From contig JAMWBK010000002.1 of NCBI GenBank assembly GCA_029953675.1, positions 868,001 to 932,000 of the forward strand: DNA of 64,000 bases. The letters run 5' to 3'. A program made the translations under genes and the position numbers. Numbering within the stretch: the stretch's first letter is position 1; each line of letters starts with the position of its first letter. This document shows positions 63,500 through 64,000 of the stretch, piece by piece. This DNA is from Rhodosorus marinus CCMP1338. Lineage: Eukaryota > Plantae > Rhodophyta. The notes beneath the pieces were generated by a model, which worked only from the letters and a program-made list of their open reading frames with translations, had not been told where the DNA came from and did no database searches.

Positions 63500-64000
63500 A
63501 CTCGGGAGATTCGGCACACTCGCCGAGCTGCCAGGTTGCACCAAGGCTACTGCGGAAGCCTTAGTTGTCCAAATTGCTCGCGCTGTTGATGCTGCTGCTG
63601 AAACCAACCGCCTCGCGGTGACGTCTACGCTCACTGCTTTTGCCGATGCCCCGTGTCCCGGCGCGACGACGGCGGCCGCGGTTGTCCCATTTGTGCGTGT
63701 CCCATCTGCGATAAACTGGGTTGGTTGCTTGTCCGGCCTGATGAGGTTCTGGCTCTGCTTCGGTCCGCTCCGAAAGGTCGTGCACCTGGTCCCTCAGGAC
63801 TCCGGGTCGAAGTTTTTCACTGGTTGGTTGAAGAGGGACTGGACGCCATTGCGCGGGTACTGGAGGGTCTTGTCAATGGGGACTATTTTTGCCCAACTGG
63901 TCCTCTTGCCCAAGGCTGGACATTCAGACCAGACGCCTCCCTTGCCCAATCGGGATGTGCGATGCATTGCGGAAGCTGGCGAGCCGCTTTCTATCGCGTC
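63500..64000 (+). mobile_element. CRE-like retrotransposon RT N-terminal part (domains 0-2), continuing beyond the window end
   Basis: VRPDEVLALLRSAPKGRAPGPSGLRVE, then LVLLPK, then PIGMCDALRKLASRFL (resembles RPIAVGE.LRRL), with frameshifts. Confidence 0.85.

Noticed and set aside
1-64000. Prokaryotic interpretation (operons, CRISPR, rRNA/tRNA)
   Set aside because: Genes are split by in-phase GT-AG introns and include ESCRT-III and organellar presequences. No repeat-spacer array or tRNA cloverleaf was found.

Overview
Eukaryotic nuclear DNA with short GT-AG introns, most likely a red alga. That assignment is an inference from the M..GFV-type plastid transit peptides, the HOM2-type asd and the compact introns. 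I assembled 11 gene models by hand with about 34 introns: a DUF1995 plastid protein, two divergent MsrB/SelR-like paralogs lacking the canonical catalytic motif, a 4x C2H2 zinc finger, an ABCC/MRP transporter, a coiled-coil protein, an ATM1-like ABCB half transporter, glycine decarboxylase P, CHMP1/Did2, a tandem-DEP protein and aspartate-semialdehyde dehydrogenase. A small membrane protein and one weak unknown gene are also called. Intergenic DNA holds decayed LTR and LINE remnants, local duplications and a hairpin-dense segment. The last ~5 kb is a nest of CRE-clade (restriction-like endonuclease) non-LTR retrotransposons, in which 3' fragments of one family sit inside or against copies of another. 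No tRNA, rRNA or CRISPR array was seen. All calls were made by eye, with no database searches.
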